64,000 bases of DNA from a candidate division FCPU426 bacterium (GCA_963840035.1 CAWIXE010000002.1:224001-288000); one strand, 5' to 3'; shown: positions 1 to 10,343, numbered from the stretch's first letter. Numbers and translations are program-made. Notes: a model not told the origin generated them from the sequence alone.

Positions 1-2
1 GA

Positions 3-188
3 AAACCGGAAAGGCGCGAAGTGACCACCGGTCTGACGGACGATGAAAATACGGAAATTACATCCGGTTTAAGCGGAGGGGAAACAATAGTTGTCATGAA
101 GCAGAACTACAAAGCGCCGCAGGCAGGAAGCCAGACAGTTAACCCGCTGATGCCGCAGAGGCCGAGGAACGCGGGAAGGGCGCATTAA
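3..188 (+). CDS. Efflux periplasmic adaptor (MacA-like), C-terminal fragment
   Basis: Manual translation from base 3: KPERREVTTGLTDDENTEITSGLSGGETIVV...RAH*, a typical membrane-fusion-protein C-terminus; lies directly before macB; start is outside the window. Confidence 0.75.
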   Translation, partial: KPERREVTTGLTDDENTEITSGLSGGETIVVMKQNYKAPQAGSQTVNPLMPQRPRNAGRAH

Positions 189-263
189 GGGCAATACGAC
201 TCATAGGACGATTCATAGGACAACTCAGATAGGACAATTTCACCTGAGTCCAAGGAGCATTGC

Positions 264-2219
264 ATGATCCAGATAAAAGACCTATCCAAAACCTACAAGA
301 CCGGCAAAGTCGCCTTTAAAGCGCTCGACAAGGTTTCTCTTACCATTGATTCCGGCGAGTTTGTCGCCATCATGGGGCCTTCAGGCTCCGGCAAGTCTAC
401 CCTCATGCACTTAATGGGCTTTCTTGATTCGCCTGATTCAGGGTCATATAAACTCAGCGGGAAAGAAACATCGCGGCTCTCCGATGATGATTACGCGGAG
501 CTGCGTTCAAAAAAGATAGGGTTTGTATTCCAGCAGTTCCATCTGCTGGCCAGGGAAAGCACCATAAAGAACGTGGAGCTTCCCCTTATATACGCCGGTA
601 TTACCGAATCAAACGGCCGCGGGTCCGCGTTATTAAAAGAAGTGGGGCTTGCGTCAAAGGAAAAGAACCTTCCGAACGAACTTTCCGGCGGCGAGAGGCA
701 GCGTGTGGCAGTGGCACGCTCGCTTATAAACAACCCCGGGTTAATCCTTGCCGATGAACCCACGGGAAACCTCGATTCAAAAAGCCAGAAAGACATACTG
801 GAATTATTGGCCGGATTAAACAGGAAGGGCAAGACCATAGTGGTCGTAACGCACGACCAGGAAGTTGCGGAATACGCGGGCAGGATAATAAGGATAAGGG
901 ACGGAAAGATAATTTCCGATACCATCAGGAAAGGCAAAAATTACAGGAAGCCTGAAGGGAACGGCAAGAACAAGGACGTGAAAGAAGAAAAGCCGGCCAT
1001 TACCACCATAGAGTTTGCCGATTATATCAGGCAGGCTTACAACGCTATTATAGGAAACAAACTCAGGTCAGCGCTGTCCATGCTGGGCATACTCATAGGA
1101 GTGGCTGCGGTCATAGCCATGCTCGCGTTAGTCGGCGGCGCCACGGATTCCATTAAAAAATCCCTTTCTTCGCTTGGTTCAAACATCCTGACCGTCATAC
1201 CCGGGAATTTCAGGATGGGCGGCGTTTCCATGGGCACGGGCAATGTCACGAGGTTTACGCTCCAGGATGTGGAGGCGCTTGGAAAGCTTTCAGGAGTTAA
1301 ATTCGCGTCAGGCTCCGTGAACGGAAGGGCACAGGCTGTTTTTCAGGATAAAAACTGGTCCACCAGGGTCCAGGGTACCGGTGAAAACTACCCTGAAATG
1401 AGAAACGCAGTGCCTGCGTTTGGCGCGTTTTTTACGGAGAATGATTTAAGGATACGGAACAGGGTGTGCGTGATTGGCCAGACAGTGGCGACGAACCTCT
1501 TTGGCGAAAGCGACCCGCTTGGTCAGGACATAAAGATAAACAGGGTGGCATTTAAGGTCGTGGGAGTTTTGCCTGTAAAAGGCGCGAGCGGTTTTCAGGA
1601 CCAGGATGACACAATCATAGTACCGCTTACCACCGCCATGTTCAGGCTGCTGGGCAAGGAATATGTGGACTCCATAGATGTGCAGGTAAAGGATTTTTCC
1701 ATGATGGACCAGGCGCAGGATGACATAATGGCGGCCATACGCAAAAAGCACAGAATATCAAACCCGGAAGACACATCTTTCCAGATAATGAATATGGCAG
1801 AACTCCAGAAGACATTCGCGGCCCAGTCAAATGTCATGGCAATGCTTTTGGGGTCGATTGCCGCCATTTCGCTTTTAGTCGGAGGCATCGGTATCATGAA
1901 CATAATGCTGGTTTCTGTTACTGAGCGCACCAGGGAAATAGGCCTGCGCAAGGCCATAGGCGCAAAGAAAAGGGATATTATGATACAGTTTATAATAGAA
2001 AGCGTGCTCATGACTTTTATAGGGGGCCTAGCCGGGATAATCCTGGGCGCATCTATTGCAGGGGCCATTACATTTTTCGCGAAGTGGGCGATAAACCTCT
2101 CGCCGCTGCTGGTCATAGGAGTTACGCTGTTTTCAGTGGCAGTTGGCATAATATTCGGCATAATGCCGGCTAAAAAGGCCTCGGAATTAAACCCGATAGA
2201 CGCTTTAAGGTATGAGTAA
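264..2219 (+). CDS. macB: MacB-family ABC transporter ATPase-permease fusion
   Basis: Walker A GPSGSGKST, LSGGERQRV, LADEPTGNLD, MacB periplasmic domain, GGIGIMNIMLVSVTERTREIG, C-terminal PIDALRYE. Confidence 0.95.
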   Translation: MIQIKDLSKTYKTGKVAFKALDKVSLTIDSGEFVAIMGPSGSGKSTLMHLMGFLDSPDSGSYKLSGKETSRLSDDDYAELRSKKIGFVFQQFHLLARESTIKNVELPLIYAGITESNGRGSALLKEVGLASKEKNLPNELSGGERQRVAVARSLINNPGLILADEPTGNLDSKSQKDILELLAGLNRKGKTIVVVTHDQEVAEYAGRIIRIRDGKIISDTIRKGKNYRKPEGNGKNKDVKEEKPAITTIEFADYIRQAYNAIIGNKLRSALSMLGILIGVAAVIAMLALVGGATDSIKKSLSSLGSNILTVIPGNFRMGGVSMGTGNVTRFTLQDVEALGKLSGVKFASGSVNGRAQAVFQDKNWSTRVQGTGENYPEMRNAVPAFGAFFTENDLRIRNRVCVIGQTVATNLFGESDPLGQDIKINRVAFKVVGVLPVKGASGFQDQDDTIIVPLTTAMFRLLGKEYVDSIDVQVKDFSMMDQAQDDIMAAIRKKHRISNPEDTSFQIMNMAELQKTFAAQSNVMAMLLGSIAAISLLVGGIGIMNIMLVSVTERTREIGLRKAIGAKKRDIMIQFIIESVLMTFIGGLAGIILGASIAGAITFFAKWAINLSPLLVIGVTLFSVAVGIIFGIMPAKKASELNPIDALRYE

Positions 2220-2222
2220 GAC

Positions 2223-2373
2223 GGATTTTGAATTTTAAATTTTCTATTTTCAATTAAAACCATTGTTTTTATGGAACTTATTCGAAATCACCTAAAAAAC
2301 CACATACAAATACCTCACGCCACCATGTTTTCATCCTTTAAATTGAAAATATCAAATTGAAAATTGAAAATCC
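2223..2373. repeat. Low-complexity heptamer inverted repeat (ATTTTGA.../...AAATTGAAAAT arms)
   Basis: Left arm GGATTTTGAATTTTAAATTTTCTATTTTCAATT is the imperfect reverse complement of right arm AATTGAAAATATCAAATTGAAAATTGAAAATCC. Confidence 0.6.
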
Positions 2374-2509
2374 CTTTTAATCAAAAAATACTTTACAAAA
2401 CCCCCTGTTTATGTAAAAATAGGGACATTGTTTTGTCAGTGAAAACTTAAAATAGCGGGCGGATATACCTCGTCCCTACATTTACACATTCTTTCAAGGA
2501 GGTAATAGC

Positions 2510-4913
2510 ATGACTGAAGTAGCAGCACAGGCAGTTACACAAACTGTCGCAGTCGCAGCCGAAGTTGTCACAAAGGCAGCCGAGCACATTAAACTTGCTC
2601 CGCTCACGTCTTTTGAGAACCTGGCGCTGTGGGTAGTCTGGGGCACGTCCTTACTCGCCCTGGTTTATGGTTTTTACTTGATGGCCGAGATCCTCGGCAA
2701 GTCAAGGGGAACCCAGAAAATGATCGAGATCAACGCGGAAATCAAGAAGGGCGCAAAAGCTTACTTGATCAGGCAGTTTTCAACCATCATCTGGCTCGTT
2801 CTCGGATTGATGGCGGTATTGTATTTCACCACGGTTGTAGACCCGTCACTCGGGTACTCGCCGGAACAGATGCTGAAGATCAAGATCGGAAGGGCGCTCG
2901 CGTTCTTCCTCGGAGCCCTGGCTTCGGCAGTAACAGGAACAGTCGGAATGCTCTTAGCCGTTGAAGGTAATGTAAGGGTAGCGGCAGGCGCGGTAGCAAA
3001 AGGAAAGAAAGAAGCTTTAACAATAGCGTTCAGGACAGGTTCCATCGCCGGAATGTTCACCATCGGCCTTGGCCTTCTCGGCGCAACTTCGATATTCTTA
3101 ATATTCCAGACTGAAGCTTCAGCCATCTCTGACGTTCTCGTCGGATTCGGCTTCGGCGGATGCCTGCTCGCTCTCTTTATGAGGGTCGGCGGCGGAATAT
3201 TCACAAAGGCAGCGGACGTTGGAGCTGACCTCGTAGGAAAAGTTGAAAAGAACATACCGGAAGATGATCCCCGCAATGCAGCGACGATCGCCGATAACGT
3301 TGGAGACAACGTGGGCGACTGCGCAGGCATGGCCGCGGACATTTTCGAGTCATACGAAGTAACGCTCGTTGCCGCCATGATACTCGGCGCGACAGTGTTT
3401 GGAAACATGGGAGTTATCTTCCCGCTGTTTGTCCGTGCCGTCGGAGTTATCGCTTCGATCATCGGAACATACGCAGTAGTTTCAAAGAGCGAAGAAGAGC
3501 ACGCGATGAAGCCGATTCAGAGGGGCTTCTGGCTTGCTTCAGTACTTTCCATCGTCGGCTTCGGTATCATCACGGTTATGTACCTGATACCCGCAATCGG
3601 CGAATGGATGGCCAAGAAACCGGAACTGTTCGCGGGCTCGCCTGCAAACGGCGCCACGATCCTCGGCTGGAAACTTTTCATCATCACCACGGTCGGTATT
3701 ATCCTCTCGTTCCTCATCTCACAGATGACGGAACACTTCACCACAACAGAGGCTAAGCCGGTCCAGGACATAGTAAAATCAACGCTCACAGGCCCTGCGA
3801 CAGTTATCCTCGCGGGAACCGCTGAAGGCTTAGAATCATCGGTATGGGCGATCATTTCAATCGCCGTATCGCTGGCGGTATCGATCCTGGTATTTGCCAT
3901 AATGCCGGTGGGAACAGCGGCGGCAATCACCATGCAGACCCTTTACGGAATAGCTTTAATCGGACTTGGAATGCTCACAGTTACAGGTATCATCGTTTCC
4001 GAAGACACATTCGGGCCGGTATCTGACAACGCGCAGGGCATCGGCGAGATGGCAAAGCTTCCGGAAAAAGGACGCAAAGTGCTTGATGAGCTCGACGCAG
4101 TAGGAAATTCCACAAAAGCAATCACCAAGGGATTCGCGATCGCGACAGCCGTTATCGCTGCCGTATCGCTTTTCGCTTCATTTAACGAAGTAACAGGCGT
4201 GCCGTTCATCAATCTTCTCAAGCCCGATAGTTTTCATCGGCTTGTTAATCGGCGGCGCGGTACCGTTCCTCTTCTCGTCACTTCTTATCCGTGCCGTTGG
4301 AAGGGCAGCGTTCCTGGTTGTTAACGAAGTAAGAAGGCAGTTCAAGGAAATCAAGGGCCTGATGTCCGGCAAAGCTAAACCTGAGTCGGCAAAGGTTGTT
4401 GATATCTGCACAGCAGCGGCGCTGAAAGAACTCGTTTCACCCGCATTGCTCGCGATCCTTATGCCTGTTGCGATTGGCTTCCTGTTCAAGGCTGAAGGCC
4501 TTGGCGGATACCTCGCGGGCGTAATCCTCGTGGGACAGCTTATGGCTGTATATCTCAGCAACGCCGGCGGCGCGTGGGATAATGCCAAGAAATCCGTCGA
4601 ACAGATGGGCTTCAAAGGCACAGACAGGCATAAAGCGGCGGTCATCGGCGACACAGTCGGCGACCCGTTCAAAGACACAGCAGGACCGGCGTTAAACCCG
4701 CTCATCAAGGTCATGAACCTTGTTGCGCTGCTTATCGCCCCGATACTCGTCAGCCCGGCTTTCACAGGCGCGAACGCGTACAGCTGGCCCGTTATTGCGG
4801 TGGTAGTTGTATGCCTCGGAGTTATTGCCTGGGGACTTATGATGTCAAAAAGGGAAGATGAGACATCGGAAAAGATAGCTGAAGAAGTAGCTGCGAAGAA
4901 TAAGAAGAAATAA
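2510..4913 (+). CDS. hppA: Membrane-bound H+-translocating pyrophosphatase, K+-independent type; split by a +1 frameshift near 4223-4226
   Basis: [38 protein letters not shown] and [14 protein letters not shown] motifs across ORFs 2510..4324 and 4242..4913; removing one base from AAGCCCGATA restores [22 protein letters not shown] carries the Lys of K+-independent enzymes. Confidence 0.92.
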
Positions 4914-4931
4914 GCTTTAAGTCACATACGC

Positions 4932-4965
4932 AAAGGGCCGGCGGAAACGCCGGCCTTTTGTTTTT
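4932..4965 (+). terminator. Intrinsic terminator after hppA
   Basis: AAAGGGCCGGCG-GAAA-CGCCGGCCTTTTGTTTTT. Confidence 0.85.
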
Positions 4966-4980
4966 AAAGCAGGATATTGT

Positions 4981-5891
4981 TGTCATTGCGAGGAGGCGTT
5001 CTAGACTTATGCCGACGAAGCAATCCCTGTTTTACTGATAAGCCGTAGAATTTGTTAAATGCAGGGTTTAATATTCATTCTTACGGAGGGTAAAAATGAA
5101 TAAACAGTGCTATATTTATATCATGACTTGTAACAGCAATAAGGCTTTATATATAGGGGTTACAAACGACCTTATCAGGCGTGTCCGGGAGCATAAAAAT
5201 AAAGTGGTAAAAGGTTTTACCAGCAGGTATAATGTTGACCGCCTAGTTTATTATGAGGTGTTTGAGGATATAGAAAACGCTATTATAAGGGAAAAGCAGC
5301 TTAAGGGCGGGAACCGCAGGAAAAAGGAAGCGCTGATTAACGGTTTTAACCCGCAATGGAAAGATTTATATGATAGTGTCATTATTTGAGATTGTCATTG
5401 CGAGGAGCCGTTTTAGCCTTGTGGTGACGAAGCAATCTCGGTTTCATCGATAAGACTTAAGCATAGTCCTGCATAAGAACAGAGATTGCTTCGTCGCTGA
5501 GGGGATTGCTCCTCGCAATGACAGGCAAACAAAGATAAGCTTCAAACTGTTTAAGATTGTCATTGATGGCTGATTCTGTCATTGCGAGGAGGCGTTCTTG
5601 ATTTATGCCGACGAAGCAATCCCAGTTCCACCGATAAGCCTTACAACAAAGTACCTGCATAAGAACAGAGATTGCTTCGTCGCTGAGGGGCGCGCTCCTC
5701 GCAATGACAGGCAAACAAAGATAAGCCTTACAACAAAGTGCCTGCATAAGAACAGAGATTGCTTCGTCGCTGAGGAGCTCGCTCCTCGCAATGACAGGCA
5801 AACAAAGATAAGCCTTACAACAAAGTGCCTGCATAAGAACAGAGATTGCTTCGTCGCTGAGGAGCTCGCTCCTCGCAATGACAGGCAAACA
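4981..5891. repeat. Cluster of 7 REP-like palindromes TGTCATTGCGAGG...CGACGAAGCAATC around the GIY-YIG gene, including a 3 x 87 bp tandem
   Basis: Forward copies at 4981, 5393, 5577; reverse copies at 5482, 5668, 5755, 5842; 87-bp units start at 5633, 5720, 5807. Confidence 0.9.
5096..5389 (+). CDS. Stand-alone GIY-YIG nuclease family protein (97 aa)
   Basis: YIYIM...LYIGVTNDLIRRVREH...FTSRY..LVYYE...AIIREKQLK...NPQW; GGAGG RBS upstream. Confidence 0.92.
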   Translation: MNKQCYIYIMTCNSNKALYIGVTNDLIRRVREHKNKVVKGFTSRYNVDRLVYYEVFEDIENAIIREKQLKGGNRRKKEALINGFNPQWKDLYDSVII

Positions 5892-5915
5892 TAAAAAAAC
5901 AACAGGAGAAAAACA

Positions 5916-7016
5916 ATGGAAGTAGGGATTGTAGGACTGCCTAATGTCGGAAAATCAACGACATTTAACGTATTAACAAAAACCAAAGGCGCGGCTGTCG
6001 CCAATTACGAGTTCTGTACCATAGAACCAAACGTGGGGATCGTGGCGGTACCTGATGAACGTCTTGATTTCCTATATAAGGTTTATAATGACGGTAAGAC
6101 AACTTATGTGCCTGCTTCTTTTAAGTTCGTGGACATCGCAGGCCTTGTTAAAGGCGCGTCAAAAGGCGAAGGCCTTGGCAATAAGTTCCTTGCCAATATC
6201 AGGGAAGTGGATACTATAGCGCATGTCGTCCGTGTGTTTACTGACGCCAATGTTATCAGGACGAAAGGCAAGTTAGATCCCATCAGCGACATTGAAACCA
6301 TTGAAACCGAACTCATGCTCGCCGACTTGGAGAGCGTTACAAAAGGATTTTCAAAGATTGAAAGGACAGCCAAGTCAGGAAACGACAAAGAAGCGCTTAT
6401 TAAATACAATGTGTTAAAGAAAGTAAAAGACACCCTTGAAAAAGGCATGCCCGCCACCGCGGCAGGGCTGACTAACGAGGAAAAACCCATGGTAAAAGAA
6501 CTCGGCCTGATGTCGCTAAAGCCTATGCTTTATGTTTTGAACACGGACGAGGATAAAATCGAGGGTTTTGAAAAGTTCTTTCCGGAACTGGTAGAGTATA
6601 TAAAGAAGAGAAACGCCGAATACGTAGTCATATCCGCGAAGATTGAGGGCGAGATGATGGAGTTAGGCGAGGATGAAAGAAAAGAATACTTAAAGGAACT
6701 CGGCTTTGAATACAAAGGTTTTGACGAATTCATACAGCACGCCTACAGGCTGCTGGACCTGATAACGTTCTTAACAGCAGGAGCGCAGGAAGTCCGCGCC
6801 TGGCCCATTAAACGCGGGTCAAAGGCTGAAGAAGCGGCCGGCAAAATTCACTCCGACATCCAGCGCGGGTTTATTAAGGCTGAGATAATGAAATTTGAGG
6901 AATTTAAGAACGTGAAAGACGAGCTTAAGATGAAGGAAATGGGGCTGATGCGCTCTGAAGGCAGGGATTACATAATGCAGGACGGGGATATGGTGCATTT
7001 TAAGTTTAACGTGTAG
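5916..7016 (+). CDS. ychF: Redox-regulated Obg-family ATPase YchF
   Basis: GIVGLPNVGKST, NYEFCTIEPN, DIAGLVKGASKGEGLGNKFL, TGS-like C-terminus GRDYIMQDGD. Confidence 0.96.
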   Translation: MEVGIVGLPNVGKSTTFNVLTKTKGAAVANYEFCTIEPNVGIVAVPDERLDFLYKVYNDGKTTYVPASFKFVDIAGLVKGASKGEGLGNKFLANIREVDTIAHVVRVFTDANVIRTKGKLDPISDIETIETELMLADLESVTKGFSKIERTAKSGNDKEALIKYNVLKKVKDTLEKGMPATAAGLTNEEKPMVKELGLMSLKPMLYVLNTDEDKIEGFEKFFPELVEYIKKRNAEYVVISAKIEGEMMELGEDERKEYLKELGFEYKGFDEFIQHAYRLLDLITFLTAGAQEVRAWPIKRGSKAEEAAGKIHSDIQRGFIKAEIMKFEEFKNVKDELKMKEMGLMRSEGRDYIMQDGDMVHFKFNV

Positions 7017-7021
7017 GCAGT

Positions 7022-7119
7022 ACCTTAACCCTTAACCTCATCCTTAATCTTAGATAGTAGCCCTTGCAGTTAAAGCAATGGCCAAGAGCTAAGGATAAGA
7101 ATTAAGGTTAAGGATAAGG
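7022..7119 (-). repeat. Solo degenerate copy of the CCTTAA/TTAAGG palindromic unit of the 19.9-20.5 kb array
   Basis: 7082..7107 CCAAGAGCTAAGGATAAGAATTAAGG is the exact reverse complement of the array arm CCTTAATTCTTATCCTTAGCTCTTGG. Confidence 0.8.
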
Positions 7120-7128
7120 AATGCGTTG

Positions 7129-7151
7129 GTAGCCGCAGCCTTCAGGCTGCG
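7129..7151 (+). repeat. GTAG-type REP-like hairpin
   Basis: GTAGCCGCAGCCTTCAGGCTGCG; near-identical copy at 8442..8464. Confidence 0.7.
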
Positions 7152-7199
7152 CAAGGCAGGAACTGGCTTTATATTTCAGGGGTTATCAGGGGATTTTTA

Positions 7200-8429
7200 A
7201 TGAAAAAATGGATGGCAATATTTATTTTTGTTTCCGCTGTTATTTTCCTTTTGCTTACCTTCCGGCCTACAATCGACAAGAAAAGCTACGATGACGCGGT
7301 TGACCTTGGGCTGATAAAGAAAGACCCGAATTTCATCATAAAAGGCGGCGGCGGGGATTCTTACTCAAAGACAAAACCATATCCCGGCACTACGGAGGTG
7401 GTAAGGGAAGCGCAGCCACAGCCGGATTGCTCAAATTATATGAATGCCGATGCTGTCCTTAAAGACCCCCAGGGCGCTTTTGAATGCGCCATATACCCAT
7501 ACTCTTTTGTGGACCCTGTTGAGGGCCGGATAAAACTGCTTGAAATAATGGCCGAAGCAGGACTGCCTGAGACACTTACATATAAAAAAGACCGTTTTCA
7601 ATTTTGCATGATGCCCAAAGTCTATGAACTGCTTGCCAGGGCTTATCTCAAAAAAGGGGAACTCCAAAAAGCTGTCATGTATTTTGACCGTATCATAGCC
7701 TCGGACTGTAAGGGATTTGAACAGCGCTCGCTTGACGGGCCCATAAGCGTTACCGCCACAGGCGAAGGATATGTCATGAAAATCGAGGCGTATAACGGCA
7801 TAAATGAAAACATGCGGAACCCGGACTATGTTAAAACTTATGAACCGGATTATGGAAAAGCCATATTGGCTGAAAAAGAGCTCATAACAAAACTTGACGG
7901 TGTTGAGCGCGGATGCTGGGAGTGCTGCGGTTCCGGTTTTGAGATCACTGCCATGTATTACATGAATAATTCTCTTGTTGGGAAAAAGGCCGGTTTTAAT
8001 GAATGGATGGGGGCTGCGGAGTGGCTGCAAAAGAACAGTAAAAACAAAAAGGAAATAGCCGGTTTCATGCTGCGAATGGGGGCCTATTTTATGTCCGCCG
8101 GGGATGAAGAGAGCGCTTTAAAGACATATGAGAAGCTGGCGGGTGATTACCCATATCTTTTCCAGGAGCAGGATGTGGCTTACTGTAAGGCGAAATTCTA
8201 CAGCCTGGAAGCTGTATTAAACATGATAAGGATATATGAAAAGAGAAAAGACGGGGAAGCGAAGATAAAGGGCTTGATGGGCAGGCTGAGGATTATTAGC
8301 GCGGAAATAGAAAAACATCTGGAGCTGCTGAAGAAAAACACGGCGTATGGAGATGAGGCTGAGTTTTCAAGGAAAGAAATGCATGATTTAATCAGCAAGG
8401 ATTACGGGATAGTTCTAACGGACAAATAG
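7200..8429 (+). CDS. Membrane-anchored or exported hypothetical protein with TPR-like helical repeats
   Basis: N-terminal hydrophobic segment; TPR-like LARAYLKKGELQKAVMYFDRII and MGAYFMSAGDEESALKTYEKLAGDYP. Confidence 0.6.
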   Translation: MKKWMAIFIFVSAVIFLLLTFRPTIDKKSYDDAVDLGLIKKDPNFIIKGGGGDSYSKTKPYPGTTEVVREAQPQPDCSNYMNADAVLKDPQGAFECAIYPYSFVDPVEGRIKLLEIMAEAGLPETLTYKKDRFQFCMMPKVYELLARAYLKKGELQKAVMYFDRIIASDCKGFEQRSLDGPISVTATGEGYVMKIEAYNGINENMRNPDYVKTYEPDYGKAILAEKELITKLDGVERGCWECCGSGFEITAMYYMNNSLVGKKAGFNEWMGAAEWLQKNSKNKKEIAGFMLRMGAYFMSAGDEESALKTYEKLAGDYPYLFQEQDVAYCKAKFYSLEAVLNMIRIYEKRKDGEAKIKGLMGRLRIISAEIEKHLELLKKNTAYGDEAEFSRKEMHDLISKDYGIVLTDK

Positions 8430-8441
8430 GTTCGCGGCCTT

Positions 8442-8464
8442 GTAGCCGCAGCCTTTAGGTTGCG
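8442..8464 (+). repeat. GTAG-type REP-like hairpin
   Basis: GTAGCCGCAGCCTTTAGGTTGCG. Confidence 0.7.
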
Positions 8465-8585
8465 AAATAATTGGCGTTGGATTATGAATGTTTGTCGTGA
8501 TTTTGGAAGAGGTTAAGAGACAGGAGTAAGGCGTAATGATTTGGTTTACTTTTGTCTCCAGTCTCTTGTCTCGTATTACCTAAAT

Positions 8586-8620
8586 AAAAAAGGCGGGCAT
8601 TTGGCCCGCCTTTTTGTTTT
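8586..8620. terminator. Bidirectional intrinsic terminator
   Basis: AAAAAAGGCGGGC-ATTTG-GCCCGCCTTTTT between convergent genes. Confidence 0.85.
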
Positions 8621-8683
8621 ATTTACACAACCCCATGTTGTATATAGCTTAAAATGGTCTACAAATATGCTTATGCTTTAAAA

Positions 8684-9433
8684 TCATGTGGTATAAAGTC
8701 TGAAATCATCGGCGAATATCGTGAATACCTTTATACCCAGCGCTGAGGTTGACAGGTAACGGAAGACTATTTCAATTTTTGTAACGGATGTCACGACTGA
8801 CGCGGCTGTGTATGAGGAACCGGCCGGAACAGCTGTGGAAGAGTCTGCCATGGAGCCGTAACTGTATGAAGTTAGAGCGGCAAATACAGGCGACACAGCC
8901 ATCCAGGCTGTGCTGTATGCTACCTGGCCTTTGGAATTGTAGAAGAATGTCTTGTGTTCCAGGCCGGAACTGTTTGTACAGCGCATGTTTCCGACGAACA
9001 TGTTGTTATTGGCCGAGAGGTCCGCTGGATTGTTCAGTGTCAAAACAAGCGTGACATAACCGCAGTTTGTGTAAGCCATATCGAGCGCGTGAATGCCGCT
9101 TGTAGCCGGGTAGGGCATGGCAGTGGTGACTGTCGCCGTCAGCGCCAGCATGTAACTGCCGTTTGTGCCGCCGTCAGTGCCGGTTAAGCCGATTTCCGGC
9201 ATAGGCGAGGTGCCGCCGTCAGCCGCGTCGTTTGAAGCTGAGAATGTTCCTGTTACTGTGCCGGTGGTGAAGGCAAGCGTGTTGCTTTCAAAACCCCCGA
9301 ATGTCGCGCCTGAAGCAAAAGCGTAAGGAGTGGCCTCGGGTTCCGGCGTGGACGGGTTGTTCTTTTTACAGCCGGTGGATGATACAAATAATGTCATGAC
9401 GAAAACAAGAAATAGAGCTAAGATTTTTTTCAT
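8684..9433 (-). CDS. Lipoprotein, Thr/Ser/Gly-rich, possibly a carbohydrate-binding-like beta-sandwich
   Basis: GGAGG RBS then MKKILALFLVFVMTLFVSSTGC lipobox; ends TIFADDFRLY. Confidence 0.7.
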   Translation of the reverse strand: MKKILALFLVFVMTLFVSSTGCKKNNPSTPEPEATPYAFASGATFGGFESNTLAFTTGTVTGTFSASNDAADGGTSPMPEIGLTGTDGGTNGSYMLALTATVTTAMPYPATSGIHALDMAYTNCGYVTLVLTLNNPADLSANNNMFVGNMRCTNSSGLEHKTFFYNSKGQVAYSTAWMAVSPVFAALTSYSYGSMADSSTAVPAGSSYTAASVVTSVTKIEIVFRYLSTSALGIKVFTIFADDFRLYTT

Positions 9434-9543
9434 TGTTCCTCCCCTTATTATTGATGAGTTGAATATATCATAAAAACCGCAGGACATAAAGCAAAATATC
9501 GACCGGCCGGCGGGTTTTACTTTTAGTTGTGACAAACGTTGAC

Positions 9544-9566
9544 GGGCGCATAATATGCGCCGCTAC
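9544..9566 (-). repeat. GTAG-type REP-like hairpin
   Basis: GGGCGCATAATATGCGCCGCTAC (reverse complement begins GTAG). Confidence 0.55.
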
Positions 9567-9771
9567 AAGAACGGCTGATTTTGCAGCGGCAGGATATTAT
9601 CCCGCCGACAGCAAGGCGTGTTATTACCCGGGAGAAGGGTTTCCGGGGTTGTTATCTCTCCAAACTTCCACGAATAAAGTCTATACAAAACGGATTTCCG
9701 GACTATATATACCTGTCTGCGGATGTTATCTTTCTTTTAAGGTAAAGTTCTTAAAAACCAAGGAGGATAAG

Positions 9772-10314
9772 ATGAAAAGATTGGTATTATTATCTGTATT
9801 TGCATTTGCAACATCCATGGCTTTTTGCGCGACGGACGAGGCTAAGGCTGAGGCTTCGGCTCAGGAGACGGTTACAGCGGGGCAGATAAAGGCCGTTAAG
9901 AACTTCTCACCTGAGGAAAAGGCTGAGGTAAAGGGCGTAATAGTAGAGAAAATCAAGGCTATAATTGACGAGAAAAAGGAAGTAAAGACAAAGAAAATAT
10001 CAAAAAAATACATCAAGATATCCAAAAAACTTTTTGAAAAATCAGCCCTTGAGCTGAAAAACGGCGAGACAGCACAGGCCACGGTAACAGCGGGCGAGGC
10101 GCAGGCTGAAGCGACAAAAGAAGCCGCGGCAGACTCTGTTACGGCAAAAGAAAAGAAGGCAAAGAGCGCCAAAATAGCAAAAGAAGAGATAAAACAGGAC
10201 TTAAAGGCAGTAAATGAGGAGATTCAGGAACGTAAGGATATAAATAAGGAAATTAAAGCGGGAACAATCGAAGATATGAGCGGAACGCCTCCGTCGGACG
10301 TAAAGAAAAAATAG
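9772..10314 (+). CDS. Secreted Lys/Glu/Ala-rich protein (paralog A)
   Basis: AAGGAGG RBS, signal peptide MKRLVLLSVFAFATSMAFCA, motif ELKNGETAQATVTAGEAQAEATKEA. Confidence 0.8.
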   Translation: MKRLVLLSVFAFATSMAFCATDEAKAEASAQETVTAGQIKAVKNFSPEEKAEVKGVIVEKIKAIIDEKKEVKTKKISKKYIKISKKLFEKSALELKNGETAQATVTAGEAQAEATKEAAADSVTAKEKKAKSAKIAKEEIKQDLKAVNEEIQERKDINKEIKAGTIEDMSGTPPSDVKKK

Positions 10315-10343
10315 CGTTTTAACAGATAACAGGGCTGCTTGTG

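Noticed and set aside
4242..4913. Separate second pyrophosphatase gene or programmed frameshift
   Set aside because: It is the C-terminal part of one hppA; no slippery heptamer is visible and a one-base indel explains it
5393..5891. CRISPR array beside a nuclease
   Set aside because: Inter-repeat sequences are themselves repeated and the repeats occur in both orientations
5457..6004. ORFs 5457..5888(-), 5598..5894(+) and 5603..6004(-)
   Set aside because: They are translations of the 87-bp repeat (a multiple of 3) with no convincing RBS or protein features
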